Shown here piece after piece: positions 25,080 to 36,036 of a stretch of DNA of 64,000 nt. The notes beneath the pieces were generated by a model, which was not told where the DNA came from, did not search any database, and was given only the letters and a program-made list of their open reading frames with translations. How positions within the stretch are numbered: the first letter of the stretch is position 1; the number at the start of each line of letters is the position of its first letter. The position numbers were made by a program, and so were the translations under genes. This DNA is from Podarcis liolepis (Eukaryota). The stretch lies in assembly GCA_965112155.1 (NCBI GenBank), contig OZ218098.1. The stretch is one strand, 5' to 3'.

Positions 25080-25532
25080 GTATGTATGCTTCAACAGAGC
25101 AGATCAAATGAACTGAAGTGTGTGTGTCTTATCAGCATTACAGAAAACACAATACATGAGCCAAGTAGTCTATGTAAATGCACTGCCTTGAACTAAAATG
25201 AGTATGATGGACATCCAGTGAATAAATATTAACTTATGCCCATTTTTAGGACTTGACAAAGTTTTGGCTGGAAGTAGTTGACATCCAAACAACATGTTGT
25301 ACCACAGGAGATCTGTGAAGGGATTCTCTCAATTCCCCCCCTCCTCCCTGAAATGCATCTACAAGGTTTCTAATTTCAGAGCAGCTGAAGTGGTGGTTTA
25401 ACCCCTTCCACTGTGCTGTTCAGTGAAATATGGACTCTGTCTCAGCTTATGGTCACCAAAATTGGTGTATTTTTAATATAATGGGGCCAACAGCAGCCTA
25501 GAAGGGGAAACAATTCTGACTGGAAAAATGGT

Positions 25533-25670
25533 NNNNNNNNNNNNNNNNNNNNNNNNNNNNNNNNNNNNNNNNNNNNNNNNNNNNNNNNNNNNNNNNNNNN
25601 NNNNNNNNNNNNNNNNNNNNNNNNNNNNNNNNNNNNNNNNNNNNNNNNNNNNNNNNNNNNNNNNNNNNNN
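25533..25670. other. Assembly gap (N run)
   Basis: N bases. Confidence 1.
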
Positions 25671-25738
25671 TTTCATGCCATAGGTGTGGAAATGTGAATT
25701 TCAGTACAATACTTGTTAAGAATTCACACCAAAAAGTA

Positions 25739-25770
25739 ATCACCAGCCTTTTGGCTAAGATCAAGTATAG
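25739..25770 (+). pseudogene. 3'-truncated U2 snRNA retrocopy
   Basis: GCCTTTTGGCTAAGATCAAGT (21 nt) is identical to the U2 5' end, then ATAG versus GTAG; direct repeat CA(a/t)AAAGTA on both sides. Confidence 0.8.
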
Positions 25771-27229
25771 CATAAAGTAATTCTATGACTGAGTGTTATG
25801 CTGTTCATCTGCACAGGGAGTTGGAAGTGGTGGATTTTACTTTAAATAGAAATCAGTTGCTAAAATCTAGCAGTCAAATAGTAATTAATATTTGTGTCCG
25901 TGATAAATGTGTGTGTAAGCTGTCTGCATAAGGAAAAGCTCCACTCTCTTGAGTAGTCTTAGTAAAAGTATTAATTATGTTCATTATACCTTGGGCCCTC
26001 TTTTGACTATTGCCTTGGCAAAACAAAAATACACACAGGTCCTGCAACCAGAACATTTGTTGTCCAAAATCTCAGTTGTCCAAATGCAAAGAATTATACC
26101 CAAACCTTGCTATACAATTGGCTGATTCAGATATCCAAACAGCCAGAGTTTGTCCAACCCATCCTTGTTTTTTTGCTGGTCGGTGGCAACCATTACAGGC
26201 AGAGGGAGAGAGTTTGGTACAATCAGGGAGCAGGAGTGATTGGACAAATCAGCTTTTCCTTTGTTTGGCTTTTGCTGATTGGTGGCTACAATTTCGGGCA
26301 AAAAGCATGGCAGGAGAAAGCACTGAATAGAAGTGTTCCCATAGGAAACAACTCACTATGCAAACCTAATGAATGATTTCCTGGGAATGCATTGTGTTTG
26401 GAAAGTGAGACCTACGTGTATCAGTCTTTAAACTTAATTTGTGGTAGAAGCCTTCAAAATAACCATTTTCACTTCCCATTTCTTCATTGCTCGCCGCTTA
26501 TTGTATGCAAGGTCCCATGTGCTGGAGGAAAGGTATCTGATATCGAATCCCGTTTTTGTGATACTACCTCTGCCATCGTGACGTTGCTTTTATCGTAGTT
26601 TGAACAGATGAACTTAGTTCCTGTAGTCCCTTTGCGTCTTTGGATTTTGTGTGTTGTAAGCAAATGAAGAGATGTTGCCTCCTATCCCTATAAAAAGGGT
26701 TAGCTAACATAAGACTTGTAGATCCTATTCAGCCCACTAAGGCTTTTTCCTTGGAAAAGGTTGACTTCCCCACCCCTGCAACAATGAAACTGCAGGTGAG
26801 TTGCCAACATTAATATTCTCCAGTATCTGGATATCTGCACTTCCTCCACTTCTGGATCTTGACTTATGCTTGTTTGAAAATGGGCCCTCCCTTACCCTCA
26901 ATAAATTTCTTTCTCTAGTATTTTCATTATCCTTTCAAGAGTTTCACAATGCAAATTCTGTCATGGGACAGAAATAACTTTCTGTCAATAATGGAAAAGA
27001 GCATGTCAGCCTGAGGCCTGCTCCTGTTTTTGCTGAATATTATGGGAGGCCAGTAATTTACAGGGTCTCACCTCCTGCATTCTTTTAATTAGCACATGGA
27101 GAGGAATTGTCTCCCCTTGAGGCTCCCTGACCTCTGCATCTCCGACCAAGAGTGGAAAGGGTTTCTACGCATGTACAGTTTTATACATGCAGGGCATGTG
27201 TTCAGGATTGGAGACCTGGTTGTGTGCAG

Positions 27230-27548
27230 GAGGTTCTACAAATGTATAGTTGACAAAACATGTGCTTGAAAAAATGAGAATAGGGTTATTATGGTCAGTA
27301 ACTTTGATGGATTGTGTACAGGGCTTTTGTGCACAGTGATTCTGAGAGATTATGGTCATGTGTACAGGCCCTACAAATGTATACTTACCAGAATGTGTGG
27401 CAGACAATATGAGCATATAGTTTTTGTGTACAGTAATTCTGAGGGATTATGTTCGGATCCGACAAATGTGCACTTGACCAAATGTATGGTGGAGAAGTTG
27501 AGAATGGGGCTTTTGTGCAAGGTCATTTTGAAGGATTATGTGAGATCC
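27230..27548. repeat. Degenerate tandem repeat, ~87-bp unit, about 3.5 copies
   Basis: Recurring ctacaaatgtatacttgac...gagaat.gggcttttgtg.acagt.attctgagggattatgt pattern. Confidence 0.7.
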
Positions 27549-28086
27549 TTTGTTGGGTTGGTAGGAAATAATTTGGGTGACTTGCAAAATATAATGGGTG
27601 GAATTCATCATAATGCTCTTCTAATCATTCTGTCTGCACAAGCGTTGCAGCTTCCCTGCAGCTTCCTCTTCACCGCCACATGCTGTCCTGGGGGTTACCT
27701 TGACCCCAGCCAAGCCAATTTCAGGTGGGGCACAGGGAGGCAGAGCCCAATTGTGCAAGCAGAACTCCTTACACAGGGCTTCTGCTGACAGTACTGGCTA
27801 GGTGAATCCCATCCAATGTGAATTTATATTGAACTCTGTACATCATCCTTTCAGCTCTGTGAAATGTCCCAGGCCTATTCTGATCATAAGATGACATGCT
27901 TTACAATATTATTTTCCATGGTAAAATGATTTGTTTTGTGTGTGTGTGTGTGTGTGTGCTTTTGTGGATGGGTGGGGTTCATGTTTGTCTGAGAAATCCG
28001 GCGCTTTCCCTGTCACAGGCTTTATCTGTTAAAACTTGTCTTTTTTTCCTTCCCGCTTCCCTTTTTGCTTGTACTTCCTCTGGCAG

Positions 28087-28095
28087 GTCAACGAG
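28087..28095 (+). CDS. NAV2: NAV2 9-nt microexon (VNE)
   Basis: Long pyrimidine tract, tggcag|GTCAACGAG|gtaaga; phase 0-0; gives KNW-VNE-LRSSFKQAF, which I recall from long NAV2 isoforms. Confidence 0.85.
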
Positions 28096-28539
28096 GTAAG
28101 AAAGATGTATTTTAAATTTTAAAATACAAAGCTAACTAATCCATTTACATGATTAACTCTGTCAGCATCAATAACCTCATCTGAGCCATGTCATTTCATA
28201 ACTGCAACCTGTGATAACACCGTAATAAAATTGTCCTTGAGCCGAAAAGAATTTGCAATGTCTCAGAGTGGAAAGGTGTGCTTCAGAACAGGGCTTGTCA
28301 ACAGCCAGCACTTTTGCAGTGTCTCAGACAATGTCCTTCTTAAACACAGTGTAAAGATTTCCAGAACAGAAAGGTGGCAATCTGTACTTCCATTGTCAAT
28401 TTGTACTGCCCAAAATGGACTTTTGTAACCATTTTTTAAAGTGTTGCATGCTAACTATTTTCTCCTGCTCCTTACTTATCGTCATAAAGCAGAGTTTGTT
28501 TTATGTATAATCCTTCTTGTTCTGCTCTTTTTCTTTCAG

Positions 28540-28712
28540 CTGCGTAGTTCCTTCAAACAAGCATTTGGTAAAAAGAAGTCCCCCAAATCAGCATCTTCTC
28601 ATTCAGATATTGAGGAGATGACGGATTGTTCCCTGCCTTCATCGCCAAAACTGCATCACAATGGCTCAGTTATCTCTACGCCATTACTGAGAACGTCCCA
28701 TTCTAATTCACT
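28540..28712 (+). CDS. NAV2: NAV2 coding exon (LRSSFKQAFGKKK...HSNSL)
   Basis: ttctttcag|CTG acceptor, CACT|gtgagt donor. Confidence 0.95.
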
Positions 28713-30364
28713 GTGAGTTGAGTTTGCATGTTAAAAAAGAGTTCCTGTTGATATGTTGCTGTTGTTTTATGCTGGAATTGGAGTCTGTTTTTCTGTGGAC
28801 TCTATAAAAGAACAAGACACTAAGGATTAAGTAGATTTTCTTCAGCTGAGGTTTATTTAGTCAGATACCTGAAGCCAGGGCCAACTATAATGTGGGTATT
28901 TGCTTTATCTTTTTTCTTGCTTGCTTTTGGCTGTTCATTTATACAGTGAAGCTTACTTATCCACAGTATACCTTAAATTGCTAAATCAGACCCAGAAGTC
29001 ATCAAAGTGATCTTGAGAGGACATTTTATAAACTTCCACTCTAGATTGTAGCTTTGAGGAAGACTCTAAGGCTCAGGAGAAGCTGTCAAAAGCTGTTGAA
29101 GGGGTTCAGGAAATGGTGAATGTAAACAGTGTTGCAAAGGTTGAATATTCTTCTTCCATGCAACCTCCATGGTTAAGATGATTTTCCACTGCCCCTTATA
29201 GTCAACTGTGTGTGATGGTAAGATACAGAATTTAGTAGAGATTAGAAAACAGGGAATACTTGACTCTGAGAAAAGCAGGCATTACTAAAATTTGCATTCC
29301 TGAAATTAAAAGCCCTGTAGATTAAGATGTCATAGAATCATATATTTTTATTTTTAAAATTCTCACTTATCTATGTTACCTCATTTTCATCACTCTGAAA
29401 CTACCCTATCCTATCCCTGTGGTACTGAATGGTGAGCAAAAGCTTAAAGCCATGTAATCCATCATGTCTTTTATGATGGTGCCTGTCATCAGTCAAAGTA
29501 TGCATGTGACGAGTCTTGACAAGTACCAAGTACCTGAGGAATAAACAGGCCTACAGAATTAAGGAGGAGAAAAGCAGAGCACTAGGCTGCCTAGGGCTTC
29601 AGCACTGATTTATTTGGCTTCTGAGTGTACCCTTTATTAGAAAGCAGAAGAGCACTATGAATAGATATATGTAGTGTTAATGTTTCCCAGATTCAGCCTA
29701 CATAATATTTTCAGCCTGACAGTCATGTCAGCAAAGACTGTATTTTATCAAGATGTATTGTATCAATGCTTGAAATCCAAAGTTTCTTTATATAGTTGAA
29801 TTTCTTGAGTTGGTTCCACTTTGCTGATATCATTTAGTCCTTGGCACTTTATGTTTCTGTCATCAGTTTTGTCAGTCTTAACAAAACCAAAAGTTTGCAA
29901 GTACTCCATTGTGAACACAGAATTCCCAAACTAAGAGATTTTTTTAAAATATTCATTGGACTGGAAAGTAGTTAGAAGCAATGTTTTCCATAGTGCTCCA
30001 TGGTCTTACACCTCACTGTTACCCAGAAAGTCTAGGAGACTGAAAGAGAGGGGAGGGAATCATCCTCATCTTCCCCTCACCGTGCACCATTGCTGCTACT
30101 ACTGCAGCAGCTTCAAGGCAGGAAAAGGATGGGGGGATATGGTTTGAAGGATGGCAGCAGGCAAGGATGATCTTTGGAGAAGGGGAAGGCTAGCAGAAAC
30201 AGCCAAGGAGAAGCTAGGAATTCTCCAGCTTCAACAACTTTGGAACAAAAGAACCTCAAACTTTGACAAAATCCTTGCATTCGAGGCAGGCCCTCAAAGT
30301 TAGTTTCTTAGCCTGAACTGAAAGAACTTTGGAAGCATCCCTAATATGGCAGTATCTAAATAGC

Positions 30365-31241
30365 ACATGGGTCATGGGGCACAGAGGGGGCCCGCTGTGG
30401 CACTGGCTTAGGCAGTGGCGTAGCGTGGGGGTGCAGTGGGGGCCGGCCACACCGGGCGCAACATCGGGGGGGGGCCCCCTCGCACTCGCAGCTCTCTGCC
30501 CCTACCTGGCTCACTCACTCTCTCTCACTGCAGTACTGGCTGTGCGAATCCGATCCGAGCCGCTGGGTCGCTGCCCACTGTGGAGGGGGTGGGTGCCAGG
30601 CGTGCGGTACGGAGAGAGAGCGAGGGACTATCTGGGGGAGGGACAGTGCAGCGGCCGCCCAGCGGAGCGCTGAGCGCGGGAGAGAACCACACCAGACCAG
30701 ACCAGGCAGCAGCAAGAAGAAGCTGGCAGCGGCAGCAGGTTAGGGGTTAGGGGGCGCAAATTACTTGACTTGCCCCGGGTGCTGACAACCCACGCTACGC
30801 CGCTGGGCTTAGGGGCGCACTCGCGCACCCCAGTCCAGGAGAGTGGGTGGCAACATAGCCACCCACTCTCCTCACTCTACTGGAGCTGGCGGCAAGGAAG
30901 CAGGAGCATCTCTCTGCCCCTGGGTCAGGCCACTCTGCCCCCAGGTCAACCTTGACTCAGGGAAGGAGGAGCCTCGGCTGGGCGTGCCATGGCCACTCTC
31001 CAGAGTTGCGGCCAGGCACTGCAGCTGCTCTCCACCCCTGGGTCAGGACTGACCCTGGGAAGGGGGAGCTGTGGCTGGGCATGCCAGGCGGGAACAAGAC
31101 ACACAGAGGGCGATCTTCACCCTCCGTGCTCTCCAGCCCCTGGCGCCGGCAGGGCGCAAGGGGGGTCTCTGCAGGGGGGCACCTGGTTCGTGCCCCCCAG
31201 ATTGTGCACCCGGCCCATGGCCTCCTCATGCTATGCCACTG
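30365..31241. mobile_element. Older GC-rich hAT-like host element (left end degraded)
   Basis: Right end catgctatgccactg is the same TIR type; GC-rich tract is continuous across the inner TSD. Confidence 0.6.
30413..30805. mobile_element. GC-rich non-autonomous hAT element nested in a related older element
   Basis: TIRs CAGTGGCGTAGCGTGGG / CCCACGCTACGCCGCTG; perfect 8-bp TSD ggcttagg. Confidence 0.9.
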
Positions 31242-32021
31242 CATGGATGGTAAAGCACCATTTTTATTCATAGCTCTCCCCTTGCTTTGTTGTTTCTTGA
31301 CTGCAGTACCATATAATTGGTTTTTGATACTGCTGAGGACTGGGGAAGCCAAGCTGGGGGGGAAAAGATTTATTCACAGGATACACGTGATATGAAAAAT
31401 TGCCAGAAAATGGCAAGGGTGCTGCTTGTCTTTTATGCATTAGGGAGTAATTTAACTCTGTTCAATTTAAGTAGGTGGGAGGGTGGAGAAAGCTGGTGCC
31501 AGGAGAATAAAACTACTTCTTTCTTTCTTTTTTTAAAAAAGCCTGAACAGTTCAGAGTAAGCTGAAAAGGTATAGGATTCCAAAGCCCTCCAGAATCATA
31601 CAGGGGCGCCCAGCTGTGCACTACACCTGCTGAGTACTAAATCTTTCTTTGAGGCCATCAATCTCCAAATGACTGCTGCTACTATGTCTCCTTAATTTAC
31701 CTGAGATTTTCAGGCTGAATAGATTTCCCAATGAACAACTGTACGTTTACCAGCAGCTTAACAAACTCTGTATAGGTCACAACCAAAATGGTAGATTCTC
31801 TGCCCTTATTCCGCTGGCTGTCATCATACTTTTTTTCCTTGGGCAGGCTGAGGCCATTCCTAATGATAGGGTCCCCTTCATCTCACCATTTTTGCCAAGT
31901 CCCCCCGAACAAACAAAAATCTGGTTGAAAGCAGAGCAATGACACTTTTGATTTTTGCTAACGTTCAGAATTTTTGCTTCTCAAGCTCTTCGGTGAACGG
32001 CTCGTTATTATCTTTTCCCAG

Positions 32022-32175
32022 GATTTCAGAATGTATCGATAGTGAAGCGGAAACAGTCATGCAGTTGCGAAATGAGCTGAGAGACAAAGAGATGAAGCTA
32101 ACCGATATCCGTTTGGAGGCCCTCAGCTCCGCCCACCAACTTGACCAACTTCGGGAAGCTATGAACAGAATGCAG
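32022..32175 (+). CDS. NAV2: NAV2 coiled-coil exon (ISEC...EMKLTDIRLEALSSAHQLDQLREAMNRMQ)
   Basis: ttttcccag|G acceptor, CAG|gtagga donor. Confidence 0.96.
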
Positions 32176-32214
32176 GTAGGAAGGAACTGCAGCAACACAC
32201 ATGCAAACTTTAGA

Positions 32215-33030
32215 AAAGCCCTGCTGGGCTTGCTTAGCCCAGCATTCTCACAAACAGGGGCAAACAGATGCCTGTGGGAACCCCCCCCCCCCAAGCAGGA
32301 CCTGAGTGCAACATCACTCTCCCTGCTTGTGATTCTCAGCAGATGGCGTTCAGAGGCATACTGACTCCCAAAGCATTATTTTGTCCCTCCTGAACTGTCC
32401 TTCATTGCTCTGCTTTTATGAGAGAAGGAGAAAAACATTTCTATATCCACTTTCTCCACACTTTGCATCATGTTACGAACCTCTATCAGGTCTCCCTTTT
32501 TTAAAGGCGATATCGGAAGTTTTATTTTCAGTCCCTTTCCTAATAATTCCCTAGCGTGGCATTTGCCTTTTACACAGCAGCACGCTGGGTCATCGCCTTC
32601 ATCGAGCTGTGCGCTACAACCCCAGGGTCTCTTCCTTGGTCAGTCACTGTCAGTTCAGACCCCATGAGCAAATATGTGAAATTTAGTTTTGGGGTCCCCC
32701 CCCACACACCGCATCACTCTACACTTGCTTACACTGAAATGCATTTGCCATTTTCCTCTCCACTTACTTAGTTAGGAGAGATCCTTTCCAAGCATCTCAC
32801 TACCCCCTTTTGTTTTAACTGCCCTGAACAGTTAGGTATCACCAACAAAACTTGGTTACCTCACTGCTCTCTCCTAACTCCATATAATCTGTGGAAAGTT
32901 AAAAAGCACAATTCCCAAAACCGAACCTCAGGGAACTACACTACCTATATATATATATCTCCATTGGGAAAACTGTCCGTTTATTTTTACTCTGTGATTC
33001 CTATTTTTTATTCAGTTGTTACTGATCCAT
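32215..33030 (-). mobile_element. Degraded CR1 LINE (reverse transcriptase region plus 3' UTR)
   Basis: Reverse strand shows remnants of PQGSVLG-like and FADDT-like RT motifs and squamate CR1 3' sequence; boundaries approximate. Confidence 0.7.
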
Positions 33031-33580
33031 ATCAACACACACATCTACACGCCAAACCTAAAATTAGAGCTTCTCTGTAAAGATTTTACGTAACACTATA
33101 TTTTTCATTCCAGAGCAAATGCCAAGGCAAGACCCTTGAGCCATGCTCATTAAAGTGGCCACTAATTGTCACCAAAGTGTGTGGATGGGCCATAGGGCGA
33201 GGCAAGGTGGTCACTCTTTGGTTACATTCTGCCATGAATATATAGATATTATACACCCCCATGTGTCTGTCATTTCCGCTTCATAAATCTGGCTCTTCGA
33301 TCCCACCGTTTTAATTATAATTCATTTATTTTACTTGCAGTTTATGGCTTTGTTATTTATTCAACATGGGTGTTCAAAGTGACATCCAAACATATATTAA
33401 AACCTAGAAAATGTTCTGAAAACAATAATACCAAAAAACCATATATGCAGCAGAGTAGAACCACACCCATCGTCAGAAAGCCCATTTAAAGCAAGACTTG
33501 AAAAATGTGTTTCTCTGAAGTTAGCTTCTCTTTTGGTACATCTCTGCTGTGCTTTTGGGCCTTGTTACATGGAAATGTGA

Positions 33581-33670
33581 GAGCCAGTGTGGTGTAGTGG
33601 TTAGAGTGCTGGACTAGGACCTAGGAGGTCAGAGTTCAGATCCCCATTCAGCCTTGAAGTTCAGTGGCTA
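33581..33670 (+). mobile_element. tRNA-derived SINE head (MIR/Squam3-like)
   Basis: A-box GTGGTGTAGTGG and B-box-like GAGTTCAGATCC. Confidence 0.65.
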
Positions 33671-34108
33671 CTCGAGAGAGAGAGAGGGCACAACAGCCAC
33701 CACATCATTCAGAAAGAAAAAACAGTACAGCTACAAAAAGTGCAGAGATCCCTGAAGGTCTCATTACAATTCAAAGAAGATTGCCATGAAAATTTTATCA
33801 GCTCTCATGTGTAATTCTGCCTGATTGGGGGAAGATTGACTTTGGGAAGGCCAAGGTGAGGGGATGGATAAAGTGGGGAAGCCTGGTCTACTAGCAAAGC
33901 TTGAAAAGGAAACGACTTTGATTGAAAGATGTTGGGGATAGTGAGAGACAGTTAACCAGCTGGTAAGCTGTATCTCTTGTTTGTTTGTTTGTTTGTTTGT
34001 TTGTTTTTTGTGTGTAAGAGATTTTTATCTCTCTTTGTGTATAAAAAAAAGCTGAAAGGGCATGCACCTTCCATTCCCTTTACTGGCTGTTTTCTTGTTC
34101 TAATCTAG

Positions 34109-34268
34109 AGTGAGATCGAGAAACTAAAAGCAGAAAATGACCGGCTGAAGTCGGAAAATCATGGCAGCTGCAGCAGGGCCCAATCTCAGGTTTCCATTTC
34201 ATCCTCTCCAAGGCAGTCCATGGGTCTTTCCCAGCACAGCCTGAACCTCACAGAGTCAGCGAGTCTTG
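34109..34268 (+). CDS. NAV2: NAV2 coding exon (SEIEKLKAENDRLK...LTESASL)
   Basis: aatctag|AGT acceptor, CTTG|gtgagt donor. Confidence 0.95.
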
Positions 34269-35104
34269 GTGAGTAGGGCAGCCAACAGGTTTTATCCTGT
34301 AGCCATAAATAAATAATAGCTGTAAATAATCGCTGGTGGCTAAGGTGTGAAGGTGGAAGGGCTGGGACAAACCCTTCCATTACAATATCATTGGCAGCTC
34401 TGTTTCACTTTGAAGCGTAGCATTCCAGCTATGACTTCAGCTGTGCAAAATCATGTTGGGAGTCGGTTTAATTGCACCGATTTGCCAAAGTAAAATTTCT
34501 TTCGAGAGAAAACGCTGTTAATTTTTCTGTGGTCTTCCCTCATTTCTTCCATGTCTGTTCCAGATTGCGAGAGGAATGTCTTTCCATTATTTCAGGTCTT
34601 AGGTACATTCCAAGAAGTGTGCGCTTCACAATTTCGAAAGCACCAAACCTGGCAGTGTTCACAGAATCAAGCAATTAAAAATCTAATTAACCAAATCAAG
34701 CAACTGTTTGAAAGTTTGTGTAACATAAACACTTGCACCTACACTTTTCTTGGTGCATAATTTTCATCTATCTGTAAGGGCTGGAGTAAACACAGCCTTG
34801 CATATATTCACAAAAAGAGTAATACTGTAGGGTATTTTTTAAATTTTTTTGTAGCAGGGTAAATCAAGACTATGAACCTGCCCTTTAAGTTCACAAATTA
34901 ATATCTGCTTCAGAAGTCCTGCTATTTGTCTCACCACTAGGAGAGGTTAGGTTGACTTCATCTTTCTTTAGTTGTGGGTGGGTCCTTAAAACTTATTTGG
35001 TCCACACACAGCTTTTGAATGTCACTCATTTTACTCTCTCTCTCTTCAAAGGTGATTCTCGCCCCCACCTTTGTTCTGAATCTGTTTGTCATTGTCTTGG
35101 GTTG

Positions 35105-35215
35105 TATCCAATGCTAGTCTTACTCAGAGAAGACCCACTGAAATTAATAGACATAACTAACTCATGTCTTATTAATTTCAGTGGGTCCACTCTTAGTAGA
35201 ATTAGATAGGGTTGT
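35105..35215. mobile_element. Palindromic MITE remnant (CCCACTGAAATTAAT core)
   Basis: Inverted arms at 35132-35154 and 35164-35187; related copy near 36380-36460. Confidence 0.55.
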
Positions 35216-35383
35216 ATGTAAAAAAAAAGTTGCAAATTTAAAACCTTTAAGTAGCTCGGGGACCCTTTTTGAGCTGAAAGCCAACTCGTAAATTATTTTA
35301 TAAATGAAATAAATAACCATATGAGCGTATTTTCCCAGCTCACCATTTGTAACTAAAAAAGAATTTGTGTTTCCTGTCAACAG

Positions 35384-35484
35384 ACATGCTGCTGGATGAC
35401 CCCAGCGATGGTTCTTCTCGAAAAGAAGGTGGCCGGCATGTTAAAATAGTTGTCAGTTTTCAGGATGAAGTTAAATGGAGAGAA
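35384..35484 (+). CDS. NAV2: NAV2 coding exon (DMLLDD...GRHVKIVVSFQDEVKWRE)
   Basis: tcaacag|AC acceptor, GAA|gtgagt donor. Confidence 0.95.
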
Positions 35485-35686
35485 GTGAGTTATGTGTGGA
35501 GTTTGCTTTTCACCTTTTTCCATTACACGTTATCAGAGACTAGGTCTGTTGGCATGCTACGTAGACTGAAGTTTTTGCGAGGAAACCCACATCGTTCAGT
35601 ATTTTAAGTATTTTTGTCACTTGAAGTCCTATCTGTAGTCTGAAGCAATGCAGTCAAGACTCAGGTTTTGTCACTAGTTTGCTTCT

Positions 35687-36036
35687 AGGTAAAGGTACCC
35701 CTGCCCGTATGGGCCAGTCGTGTCCGACTCTAGGGTTGTGCACTCATCTCACTCTAGAGGCTGGGAGCCGGCGCTCTCCGCAGACACTTCCGGGTCACGT
35801 GGCCAGCGTGACAAAGCTGCTCTGGCGAGCCAGAGCCGCACACGGAAACGCCGTTTACCTTCCCGGTAGTAAGCGGTCCCTATTTATCTACTTGCACCCG
35901 GGGGTGCTTTCGCTAGGTTGGCAGGCGCTGGGACCGAGCAGCGGGAGCGCACCCCGCCGCGGGGATTCGAACCGCCGACCATGCAATCGGCAAGTCCTAG
36001 GCGCTGAGGTTTTACCCACAGCACCACCCACGTCCC
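35687..36036 (-). mobile_element. Sauria SINE, young subfamily as at 11918
   Basis: Reverse complement aligns to the 11918 copy; perfect repeat AGTTTGCTTCTAGG at 35676-35689 and 36041-36054. Confidence 0.93.

Noticed and set aside
30256-31395. Dense cluster of overlapping ORFs (up to 147 aa) on both strands
   Set aside because: They lie within GC-rich nested hAT elements; stop codons are scarce because of composition and no protein motif is recognisable.
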